From an uncultured delta proteobacterium (lineage in GTDB: Bacteria; Desulfobacterota; Binatia; UBA9968), in contig CAVYTU010000015.1 in assembly GCA_963771465.1 (NCBI GenBank), forward strand, positions 384,001 through 448,000: 64,000 nt of DNA. Direction: 5' to 3'. Within the stretch, counting starts at the first letter, position 1. Every line of letters starts with the position of its first letter. Made by a program: the position numbers and the translations under genes. Below the pieces are notes generated by a model, which saw only the letters and a list, made by a program, of their open reading frames with translations, did not search any database and was not told the origin of the DNA. Positions 30,295-39,885 of the stretch are shown here, in pieces.

Positions 30295-30879
30295 TTATTT
30301 ATTATGCTGGTTGATTTCTGCGGCGAGCAGGATCGCTTGAGCGACATCCGCCATCGGCTTGCGCATGTTCATACTCGTCTTTTTGATCAACGAATAGGCT
30401 TGTTCTTCTGACAGCCGGCGCTGCTCCATCAACAGACCTTTGGCCCGTTCGATGATTTTGCGCGACTCCAAGTTTTCTCGCAGAGACTCGTTTTCCTGCT
30501 GCAGGGCGTGGAAGTCCTGGAAGCGCGAAATTGCCAATTCGATCGCCGGGCTGACCGCTTCCACGCGCACCGGTTTTAATAGCAGAGCCATCACGCCCGC
30601 TTTGGTGGCGCGCTCGACCGTCGTGGCATCGTAATGGCTGGTGATCAGGACGACGGGGAGGCGAATGTTCGCCAAGATATCGCTCGCCACGTGAATCCCG
30701 TCGAGATCGGCTAAACCGACTGCCATGAGCATCACATCCGGCGTCGTCGCCCGTGCCAATGCCACCGCGAGTTTGCCGCTACTCCCTTCGCCGACGACCT
30801 CGTATCCGCTCGCGAGTAAAATGTTGATGAGTTGCCGGCGGGAAGGTTCATGGTCGTCGATGACCAAGGCTTTTCTCAT
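30295..30879 (-). CDS. Pseudo-receiver plus ANTAR RNA-binding regulator (NasT/AmiR-like)
   Basis: LESRKIIERAKGLLM...SEEQAY..IKK.SMN ANTAR motif; the phospho-Asp position reads VMLMAVGL (Ala). Confidence 0.9.
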   Translation of the reverse strand: MRKALVIDDHEPSRRQLINILLASGYEVVGEGSSGKLAVALARATTPDVMLMAVGLADLDGIHVASDILANIRLPVVLITSHYDATTVERATKAGVMALLLKPVRVEAVSPAIELAISRFQDFHALQQENESLRENLESRKIIERAKGLLMEQRRLSEEQAYSLIKKTSMNMRKPMADVAQAILLAAEINQHNK

Positions 30880-31623
30880 AGCCAGGGCCTGGCCTCGATC
30901 TCTCTGTCGGCTGCGCGCTCCGCCGACGCGGCGGACAAACTCGCTGAGAAATCGTTCGCCGTAATATTTCAGCGTGGGTCCGTACTTCTGCGTGTCCGCC
31001 AATATCTTGTCGGGCAAGATGTAGGGCGCAAGGGCGAGATCTTTCGATCGTTGCTCGATCCAACGTTCGATCATGGATGGCGTCACCTCGAGATGAAATT
31101 GCAGACCGTAGATCGACTTGCCGACGCGAAACGCCTGATTCTTGAAATGGACCGATGACGCCAATCGTATAGCGTCGCTCGGTAATTCAAAGCCATCGCC
31201 ATGCCACTGAAACACCGTAGCATTTTCCGGCAGGTAACCGAGCAAAGAATCGACTTGGCCGTGGGGCGTAATCGAGATTGGACACCAGCCAATCTCTTTG
31301 ACGGGTCCGTGAAATACCGCTGCGCCAATCGTCGAAGCGATCAGCTGTGCGCCGAGACAAATACCGAGAATCGGTACGGCTTCATCGATGGCGGCGCGGA
31401 TAATTCTTTTTTCCCAGCGCAGGAACGGAAAGTCGTCCTCGTCGTCGATGCTCATCGGGCCGCCGAGAACGATCAGCGCTTTAACCCGTTGCCAATCCTC
31501 GGTCGGCATCTCACCGTGAAACAGTCTCAAGACTTGGTATGCCGCGCCTTGCTTCTCCAGCACTTCGGCGAAGAAGCCAAGATCTTCGAAAGGATCATGC
31601 TGGAAAACCAACACTTCTTCCAT
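30880..31623 (-). CDS. Class I glutamine amidotransferase-like protein, in frame with the ANTAR ORF with no intervening stop
   Basis: LGGPMS, GICLGAQL, FQWHGD and QFHLE; Cys-His-Glu triad intact. Confidence 0.85.
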
Positions 31624-31682
31624 TGGCTGCTCAACCCATATCCTCGCGCCCTCTCGCGGGCGGTTGCGCGCGAGAATCAAAC

Positions 31683-31950
31683 TTAGATATCGAAATAGAG
31701 AGCGAACTCCCAAGGATGGGGACGGAGCCGGATGGCATCGATCTCGTTCTTTCTCTTGTACTCCAGCCAGGTCTCGATCACGTCCTTGGTGAAGACATCG
31801 CCTCTCAGCAAAAAGTCATGATCCTTCTCCAAGGCGTGCAATGCTTGATTCAACGACCCCGGCATCGATTTCACCTTGGCCGCCTCTTCGGGTCTCCAAC
31901 TCATACAAGTCCTTGTCGATCGATTTGGGCGGCTCGATCTTGTTTCTGAT
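31683..31950 (-). pseudogene. glnA: C-terminal remnant (about 88 codons) of glutamine synthetase I
   Basis: [36 protein letters not shown] and [13 protein letters not shown]; nothing glnA-like upstream; one frameshift. Confidence 0.85.
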
Positions 31951-32051
31951 CTTGTAAACATTAATTTGGTAAGCGGAGCCGGCTCGGATTTGATTCAATC
32001 CTCGCCGGTTCCGCTTAACGCAATCGTCACGGAACTCAATGCTCGACTAAA

Positions 32052-33834
32052 CTATGCGTTCTTTGGTATGGCGGTGCCGTAACCCAGACTCTTTTCAGCC
32101 TCAGGCATATCGGTATAGCCCGGGACCCCAACTTCAGCCATGTCGAGACCTTCGATTTCGATTTCTTTGCTTACACGGATCGGCGTGATCAAGTCGCTGA
32201 CTTTGAACCACACGTAGGCCATGACAAAACCGAAGGCGAGCACAACGCTAGCGTTGATCGCCTGCATGACCAACTGGGAAGGATCGCCATAGAGCAAACC
32301 ACGCACACCGTCTGAACCGTAGGTTTTCACAAACTCATCTCGAACAACACCATTCCAGCCGGCGCCGTAAGCACCGTTGGCAAAAATTCCGACGGACAAC
32401 ACACCCCAAGTCCCGTTCACGCCATGGACCGAAATGGCGCCGACTGGATCGTCGATGCCACGCGCTTCCCAGAAAAAGACGCTATAAACAACTACCAAAC
32501 CGCCGATCGTGCCGATAAGCGCAGCCGCCCAAGGGTCAACGAAAGCGCAAGGCGCGGTGATTGCGACTAAGCCAGCGAGCATGCCGTTACATAACATTGT
32601 CGGATCGGGCTTCAGTCCTTTGATCGCGAGCGCAACATATGCCCCGAGTGCTCCCATAACGCCGGCGAGCATGGTGTTGACCACGACAAAGCTAATCCGC
32701 AGATCGGTGCCGGAAAGCGTCGAGCCGGGATTGAAACCAAACCAACCAAAGGCAAGAATGAATGTACCGAGAACGACCATGGGAACATTATGACAAGGAA
32801 TAGCCCGCGGCCGGCCTTGCGAATCATATTTTCCGATGCGTGGACCGAGAATCATCGCACCGGCTAGCGCAATAATCCCACCCATCGCGTGAACCACACC
32901 GGAACCGGCGAAATCCACCGCTCCATGTCCGAGTCCCCAGTTGATGCCACCTTGGGCCAAGAATCCACCGCCCCAAACCCAGTTCGCGTAGATGCAATAA
33001 GGCAGCGCCACCCACAAGCCAAAAAGGACGAAATTTTTCCACGCCCAGCGTTCAGCCATGGCGCCGGTAGGGATCGTCGCCGTGGTGTCCATGAATACCA
33101 TCATGAAGAAAAACAGCGCCATCACGCCGACGTCGCCCACTGCGCTGCCGAGAAAAAATCCTTTGGTGCCGAGCAAGCCATAGGTGAATACACCCGTGGC
33201 TTTCCCCGCGGCATCGACCGCTGCGCCGAGACCCCAACCATCGTTTAACACCGCCAGACCAGGACCTAGCGACGCATACCATCCCGGTGGCACCGGACCG
33301 TTGAACCAATTGCCCCAACCGATGGCGAAGCCATATACCCAGAACGCAAAGCAGCCGAGGGGATAGACCAAAAAATTCATCGCCGAAGTATGGGCTGCAT
33401 TCTTGGCCCGGCACAGACCGGTTTCGACCAACATAAATCCCGCCTGCATGAACATGACCAGGAAGCCGGCGATCAGGACCCAAACGTAATTGATCGAATA
33501 AAGATTGTGCGCGATGCGGTCGTAGAGATCATTGGCTTTGAGCTGATCCGGAACGTCGCCCTTGCCATCGCCTGCCGGTGTCGCCCAGACACCGGTCGCG
33601 GCGCCAGTGGCGTCAGGCCATGCCGGCTTTATTCGGATCTTCGCTGCTGCCGGAAAAATAAGCCGGCAATTTTGGCGCCGGCGCAGCTGCGGGTGCGGCC
33701 GCCGCCGGAGCTTCCACTTTGGCCGGCGCTTCGGGCGCCTTGGTTTCTTGGCCGTAGGCGAATCCTCCGAGCAAGCACAAACTCAGCGCCGCGCCGGCGC
33801 CGAGCAAGCGTACTTTCGAATCGATGCTTTCCAT
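32052..33834 (-). CDS. amtB: Ammonium transporter with a long N-terminal extension; one frameshift near 33630
   Basis: MFMQAGF...E, GAMAER, DFAGSGVVH, GWFGFNPGS and DDPVGA.SVHG motifs; the frame continues upstream as ...DLYDRIAHNLYSINYVWVL to a signal/Ala-Pro region. Confidence 0.9.
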
Positions 33835-33862
33835 ATTCTCCTCCAATTATTTTTTTTGATGA

Positions 33863-34210
<348 letters not shown>

Positions 34211-34266
34211 TTATGGTTATCTGCCGATAAAAAGGTCCCGAACGTTTGGGTTCGTAAACGCTCGGA

Positions 34267-34281
34267 GCAACTGCGATGCCA
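34267..34281 (-). promoter_or_regulatory. sigma54 promoter of glnK-amtB
   Basis: TGGCAT-CGCAG-TTGC; NtrC-like tandem sites near 34379-34415. Confidence 0.72.
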
Positions 34282-34445
34282 GCGCCAATCGACGCTACTG
34301 TACGATCGGATAATCAGCGGAAAGGTTGGACAAAAAGGAATGTCAGCGAGTGAGATGGATTTGCAACCAAGCTGCGATTGCCTAGCAATTAATCGCGGCG
34401 CTCAATTTCTAAGCAGAGGAGAATTGAATGAGAGAACCGAATCAA

Positions 34446-35249
34446 CTACAGCCGACGATGCGTTAATGCCGGCAGCTCGGCGCGCACTTTGGCGAGGTAT
34501 TCGAGATCGACTTCGGCACTTATCACACCCGGGCCGTCGGCGAGTTCGGCGAGAATCTTGCCCCAGGGATCGACGATCATCGAATGGCCGTGGGTTTCGA
34601 AACTCTTAGCGCTCTTGCCGAATTGATCGGGAGCAATGATGTAAACTTGGTTCTCGATGGCGCGCGCGCGCAGCAGCGTTTCCCAGTGCGCAGCGCCGGT
34701 AAAAGCCGTAAACGCCGAAGGGACAAAGATCAACTGCGCGGCTTGATCGGCGAGGCCACGATAAAGTTCAGGAAAACGGAGATCGTAGCAAACCGATAGC
34801 GCCATCGTCGCTAATTCCGTCTGCGCCACGACAACATCGGCGCCATGGGCACGGGTATCGGACTCCCGCAAGGAAACGCCGTTGGCGAGGTCGACATCAA
34901 ACAAATGTATCTTGCGATAACTCGCGATGAGTTTGCCGTTGGGATCGATGAGCAAACTGGTGTTGTAGGCTTTCGCGCTGCCGGGAATCTCCTCGAGAAT
35001 CGAGCCCGCCAGTAGATAAATTCCAAGTTCGCGCGCCAGCCCGGCCATCGCCGTCGAAGTCGGACCGGGAATCGGCTCAGCAGATTCCCGTTCAAGTTTC
35101 TTCGTGCCGCGCCAGATAAAAACTTCCGGCAGAGCAATGACCCGCGCGCCGTTTGTCGCAGCTTGGCGAATCCAATGTTCTGCCTCTTTAAAATTGGCCG
35201 CCTTGTCATCCGAGGCGAGCATCTGCACGGCGGCGGCGAGAAACTTCAT
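34446..35249 (-). CDS. Carbon-nitrogen hydrolase (Nit1/deaminated glutathione amidase-like)
   Basis: LPE, YRKIHLFD, CYDLRFPE, HWE.LLRARAIE and GHSMIVDPWG motifs. Confidence 0.9.
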   Translation of the reverse strand: MKFLAAAVQMLASDDKAANFKEAEHWIRQAATNGARVIALPEVFIWRGTKKLERESAEPIPGPTSTAMAGLARELGIYLLAGSILEEIPGSAKAYNTSLLIDPNGKLIASYRKIHLFDVDLANGVSLRESDTRAHGADVVVAQTELATMALSVCYDLRFPELYRGLADQAAQLIFVPSAFTAFTGAAHWETLLRARAIENQVYIIAPDQFGKSAKSFETHGHSMIVDPWGKILAELADGPGVISAEVDLEYLAKVRAELPALTHRRL

Positions 35250-35289
35250 GACCGTGAACCTGTGAACGGCGGGAGCTTGATCAATGCCT

Positions 35290-36126
35290 TCAGCGATTCA
35301 TCAATAGCGGACAAGGTGCGTTGCGCAGCACATATTCGGTGGTGCTGCCGAGAACCATCTCGATGATGCGGCGGTGGCCGTAGGCGCCGATGAACAAGAG
35401 ATCGTGATTCAAGTTGACTAAATACTCGATGATTTTTTGCTCGGGAAAACCGCGCGCGGTTTCATAGGTCGCCTCAATGGCATAGGAGCCGAGATAGCCC
35501 TTCGCCCGTTGCAATACGGTTTGCGCCTGAGCTTCTTCCTTGGCAATGGTCAGCACCGTTAATGGCAGCTTGAGCACAGAGCAAAACTCCGCCGCCGATT
35601 CCATCGCCGAGCTCGCCCGCTGACTGCCGTCGTATGCCAACAGCGGCCGTGTAACCGGCTTGAACAGTTTGGTTGAAACCAAGATCGGTCTGGGACATTT
35701 GCGCGCGATGCTTTCCGCGGTGGTGCCGAGCAAACCGGTGGAAAACTCCTCGTTGACGCCGCGATGACCGATCACCACCAAGTCAGCGACTTTGGCGCGC
35801 TCGCAGATTTCGTTGGCGATCAGTCCCATATCCAAGAAGGTTTGATAGCGGATGCTTTTCTTGGCGCAAACTTCAGCGAAATCGGCGAGAATAATTTTGC
35901 CGCGCTCGTCGAGAATTTCCCGCATCTTCGAGGAAAAATCGAGATAGGGCTCGAAACCGAGCGAGCCGGAGATATCGTGAAAGAACGTTCCTTCGATGGA
36001 TATCGTGTCGATGACGTGCTGGCCGAACAGCGTGCCGTCGAGTCCTTGAGCGAGCCAGACGGCGTAGTCGAGCGCAGCCTTGCAATGATCCGAGCCATCG
36101 AGAGGAATGAGAATGTTTTTGATCAT
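35290..36126 (-). CDS. Tandem-domain universal stress protein
   Basis: ILIPLDGS, DLVVIG..G...LLG.T, LLAYDGS and GAYGH...LGSTT motifs. Confidence 0.9.
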   Translation of the reverse strand: MIKNILIPLDGSDHCKAALDYAVWLAQGLDGTLFGQHVIDTISIEGTFFHDISGSLGFEPYLDFSSKMREILDERGKIILADFAEVCAKKSIRYQTFLDMGLIANEICERAKVADLVVIGHRGVNEEFSTGLLGTTAESIARKCPRPILVSTKLFKPVTRPLLAYDGSQRASSAMESAAEFCSVLKLPLTVLTIAKEEAQAQTVLQRAKGYLGSYAIEATYETARGFPEQKIIEYLVNLNHDLLFIGAYGHRRIIEMVLGSTTEYVLRNAPCPLLMNR

Positions 36127-36313
36127 GCGTCCCTCCAGATGGGTGGGTTTACCGGCTCTATGCTGCGAGCCACTTCGACTCCATATCGGACTGATTTAAC
36201 ACGCGGTTCGGATTACACTTAAACAGGCCGCGGACTTTTTGCAAGGCGAAATTCGCCGGGACCGTTTACAATGCGACGACTTTGCGCGATACTCACGACT
36301 CTAAGTTGAAGCT

Positions 36314-36589
36314 ATGGCACAATCGAAGAACCGACAGGAAGCCCGCCTGCAAGATCTGATCGTCAACGCGAAACGGATGAATATCGAAGTGCGTACGGAA
36401 AAGCTGCTGCGCGAAGCGGGTTACCGTGCTCACAGCGGCCGCTGCCGCATCAAAGGACAGGATGTCATCTTGATCGACCGCGACGCACCGATCGCCGACC
36501 AGATCGAATTTTTAGGCAACGAGTTGGCTGAGCGACAAAAACAAATCGTCGAGACCAGTGAGTCGGCACGACAAGCCACAAGTACCTAA
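36314..36589 (+). CDS. Small hypothetical protein
   Basis: Clean ORF in an intergenic gap; EVR.EKL...SG.CRIKG...ILIDR pattern. Confidence 0.65.
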   Translation: MAQSKNRQEARLQDLIVNAKRMNIEVRTEKLLREAGYRAHSGRCRIKGQDVILIDRDAPIADQIEFLGNELAERQKQIVETSESARQATST

Positions 36590-36613
36590 CCTTGGGCTAA
36601 CTATTTCCCAACC

Positions 36614-37279
36614 TCAGTGAACGCGAATTTTCTTCGCCGCCTCGATTCCCAAAGAAAATTGATCGTTAGCGACCTTCAAGGTCATCATGCCGAGCGACGG
36701 CGCGACGTCGACGACATGAACCTTCGCGCCCGGCACCAGTCCATGATCCTGCAAGTAGGCTAACAAGCGCACATCGCGCTCGCCGCCTTCAGTGATCGAA
36801 TCGAGTTCAACGGTTTGATCGTCAGTTGCCTCATCCAATGGAATAGTCTTGGTCGGCGAAGCCTGACTTGCGCCAGGGATCCGATTGCCATGGGGGCAGG
36901 TTAAGGGATGTTTCAGCAGCGTCGCCAAGCGTTCTTCAACTTCTTGCGAGATCGCATGCTCCAAGCGATGCGCTTCTTGATGGGCTTTGACCCAATCGAG
37001 TCCCAACAAATCGGTCAAAAAACGTTCGGTGAGAAAGTGGCGCCGAATAATTCTTTCGGCGATGTTCTTACCTTCACTGGTTAGGTGAATCTCCTTGCGC
37101 CGGTTAATCGTTACGTAGCCATCTTTTTCCAAACGTCGCAAAGTTGCGAAGATGGTTGATGCTGAAACACCGGCCTCGGCGGCCATGCGGGCCGCAATCA
37201 CTGGCTGTGATTCTTCCCCAAGTACGTAAATCGCCTTGAGATAATCCTCTAACGCGTGGGTTACCTTGGGCTCTTCCAT
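36614..37279 (-). CDS. DtxR/IdeR/MntR-family metal-dependent repressor with a C-terminal FeoA/SH3-like domain
   Basis: EDYLKAIY, RRH.LTERFL, H.EAHRLEH and CPHGN motifs. Confidence 0.92.
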   Translation of the reverse strand: MEEPKVTHALEDYLKAIYVLGEESQPVIAARMAAEAGVSASTIFATLRRLEKDGYVTINRRKEIHLTSEGKNIAERIIRRHFLTERFLTDLLGLDWVKAHQEAHRLEHAISQEVEERLATLLKHPLTCPHGNRIPGASQASPTKTIPLDEATDDQTVELDSITEGGERDVRLLAYLQDHGLVPGAKVHVVDVAPSLGMMTLKVANDQFSLGIEAAKKIRVH

Positions 37280-37283
37280 GGAT

Positions 37284-37315
37284 TTGACAAACTTTTAAGT
37301 TTCGATTATACGAAC
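37284..37315 (+). promoter_or_regulatory. sigma70-type promoter with an overlapping palindromic operator
   Basis: TTGACA-17 nt-TATACG; TTCG-ATTATA-CGAA dyad across the -10 element. Confidence 0.65.
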
Positions 37316-37425
37316 AATTAGTCTTGTGGCACACTAATGATAAATATGTTTAAGGTCTAAACTATTCCCTGCTGGACACCTTATAGTAAATTTGTCGTAG
37401 CAGATCAACCAAGAAAAGAGGTGTT

Positions 37426-38367
37426 ATGAAATCAAAGTTTCAACGGTCACTAACGGGCGCAGTTATGGTTGCAGTCGCGCTGTGGATAACTTCTTACAAG
37501 CAGGCGCTGGCGCAAGAAAAAGTCGTTATCGCAATCCAACCCACGGTGGCCAGCGATGAAATGTTGAGTAAAGCGAAACCGCTGCAAAATTTTCTCGAAA
37601 AAAGCCTTGGCGCTCGCACCAAGGTCGAAATTTACGTCCCAACCAGTTACGCAGCCGTGGTCGAGTCGCTGCGCTTCGGTCACGCTCAGGTCGCTTTCAT
37701 GTCAGCCTGGCCGTCTCAATTGGCGGTACGGCTCGGTGGCGCCGAAGTCGCATTGGCTGAGATTCGCCAAGTGCTGCACGGCAAGGAAAAAGTCGAGGCG
37801 CCTTACTACTATTCCAATTGGGTCGTAGCGCCGGACTCGCCGTACAAGGATCTTCAATCGCTCAAAGGTAAGAGCGCCTGCTTTCCCAGCCCAATCTCTA
37901 CTTCCGGTTTCGTTGCGCCGATGGGACGCATGGTCGAGCTAAACCTGCTCCCGGCGGCGGACGGCAAGGAAGCGGATCCTAAAGCATTTTTCAAAGAGGT
38001 GTTGTTCGGCGGCGGCTACGGCCAATGCTGGCAAGCGCTCAAACAAGGCCAAGTCGATACCACCATAATCGCCGGAGACGTCCCGGAGAAACTCTATAAT
38101 GAAGTCCTCGGCGCCACCCGTACCATCGAAACCCAAGGCCCGATCCCGTCTCATGCAGTGGTGCTCAGCAAGGAACTGAAAGACCCGCTACGCTCTCGGG
38201 TGATTCAAAGCATCGGTAAACTGAGCGCGCCTGAGCAGCGCGACCTGATGAAGACTTTTATATCGAGTCTGTTTGTCGGCTTTAAGCCGACCAATGCCAA
38301 CGAGCATCTCGGTGCGTTACAGAAATACTTAAAGCTCGCCAACCTCAAATTCACGGAGCGCTTGTGA
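37426..38367 (+). CDS. PhnD-like phosphate/phosphonate ABC substrate-binding protein
   Basis: Signal peptide; SYAAVVESLR.G, Y.S..VV..DSP...L..LKGK, STSG and PIPSH motifs. Confidence 0.85.
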   Translation: MKSKFQRSLTGAVMVAVALWITSYKQALAQEKVVIAIQPTVASDEMLSKAKPLQNFLEKSLGARTKVEIYVPTSYAAVVESLRFGHAQVAFMSAWPSQLAVRLGGAEVALAEIRQVLHGKEKVEAPYYYSNWVVAPDSPYKDLQSLKGKSACFPSPISTSGFVAPMGRMVELNLLPAADGKEADPKAFFKEVLFGGGYGQCWQALKQGQVDTTIIAGDVPEKLYNEVLGATRTIETQGPIPSHAVVLSKELKDPLRSRVIQSIGKLSAPEQRDLMKTFISSLFVGFKPTNANEHLGALQKYLKLANLKFTERL

Positions 38368-39113
38368 CCGCTAACGGCGATGCGCCGATTGCGCTCAGCG
38401 CCGAGCAAGTCTGGTATTCCTATCCGCATCACGACGCGGTGTTACGAAACGTTTCGCTGTCCATTCCGGCGGGAAAACACACCGTCATCATGGGGCCCTC
38501 GGGCACCGGCAAAACCACCTTGCTGCGGGTTCTCGCGGGCATCTTAAAACCAAGCCGCGGCCGCATCACGGTATTCGACCAGCCGGTTGACGGTCGCGGC
38601 CAGCGCCAGCTGAGTCCGTTGATTGGCTACATTCCACAACAGCTGGGATTGGTGCGTAACCTTTCCGCCCTCGATAACGTTCTAATGGGCGCGTTGGGCC
38701 GGCTCGGCGATACCAAATCGCTTTTGGGTCTGTTCCCTCGGGCTGAAATCGACGCCGCCCACGCGGCGCTGGATATGATGGGCATCGACCACAAGAGCGA
38801 GGCGCAAGTCTTTCACCTAAGCGGCGGCGAACGGCAGCGGGTCGCGATCGCGCGCACGCTGTTGCAACGGCCGCGCATCGTCATCGCCGACGAGTTCGCC
38901 TCCGACCTCGATTTAGCGATGGCCTATGAGATCCTCGACCGCATCCGCAACGCCGCTGAAAGAGAAAACATCACCTTCATCATGAGCATGCACCGTTTCG
39001 GTCTGGCGCGAAGATTCGGCGACGATGTCCTCGCCCTGGAAGATGGCGCCATCGTCCGCGGCTTCATCGGCAACGAAATACTCGAGACCGCCCAAGAGGC
39101 CGCACCTTTGTGA
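38364..39113 (+). CDS. PhnC-like ABC ATP-binding protein
   Basis: GPSGTGKT, LV.NLSALDNVL.G.LG, LSGGERQR and ADEF motifs. Confidence 0.85.
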   Translation: MTANGDAPIALSAEQVWYSYPHHDAVLRNVSLSIPAGKHTVIMGPSGTGKTTLLRVLAGILKPSRGRITVFDQPVDGRGQRQLSPLIGYIPQQLGLVRNLSALDNVLMGALGRLGDTKSLLGLFPRAEIDAAHAALDMMGIDHKSEAQVFHLSGGERQRVAIARTLLQRPRIVIADEFASDLDLAMAYEILDRIRNAAERENITFIMSMHRFGLARRFGDDVLALEDGAIVRGFIGNEILETAQEAAPL

Positions 39114-39877
39114 TATCCAAGCTTTTCTTGCCGATAACCACAGCGTTATTTTTGCTCGCGGTGCTCGCCCACTTGGGGTTTTTCGAGTGGGACCGGTTGG
39201 CGCGCGGGTTTCGCAATTTAAGAATTCTCGGCGCCGAGATGGTGCCGCCGGATGTCTCGATCTTGCCAACGGCGGGGGCGGCGCTGTGGGAAACCGTCGA
39301 GATGTCTTTCGCCGGAACGCTGCTCGGCTTCATGGCGTCGCTGCCGCTCAGCATTCTCGCCACCCGTCGCTTATTTTCCGACTGGGTGTCGCGGCTAGCG
39401 CGCTTCGTCGCCGCCGGCATTCGCACCATCCCGGTGCTGCTGTGGGCAATCGTCTTTGTCATTCTCGTCGGCCTCGGCCCATTGGCCGGCACCTTCGGTA
39501 TTGCCGCCTACACGGTCGGTTACTTGGCGAAAATCTACGCCGATCTCTTCGAAGGCACCGACCCCGAAATCATGGAAGCCGTACAAAGCACCGGCGCTTC
39601 GAAGTTGCAGTTGGTGCGTTACGTGATCGTTCCTGAAACCGCCAATGCGATACTGGCGCAAGTGCTATTTATGCTCGAATACAACATCCGCGCCTCATCG
39701 ATTCTCGGCTTCGTCGGCGCCGGCGGCCTCGGCTTGGTCATTCAAATCTATTTGCAGAATCTGAATTATCGCCGTTTGGCCACGGTGCTGTTACTGGTTT
39801 TGGTGATCGTTCTGCTCATGGACGGCATGAGCGCGTGGCTGCGAAAAAGGTTTCTGTTGTCAAGCCAGGGAACCTAA
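39110..39877 (+). CDS. PhnE-like ABC permease
   Basis: ETVEMS..GT, RTIP.L.WA..FV..VGLG and EYNIRASSILGFVGAGG motifs. Confidence 0.87.
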   Translation: MISKLFLPITTALFLLAVLAHLGFFEWDRLARGFRNLRILGAEMVPPDVSILPTAGAALWETVEMSFAGTLLGFMASLPLSILATRRLFSDWVSRLARFVAAGIRTIPVLLWAIVFVILVGLGPLAGTFGIAAYTVGYLAKIYADLFEGTDPEIMEAVQSTGASKLQLVRYVIVPETANAILAQVLFMLEYNIRASSILGFVGAGGLGLVIQIYLQNLNYRRLATVLLLVLVIVLLMDGMSAWLRKRFLLSSQGT

Positions 39878-39885
39878 TCAGCGTC

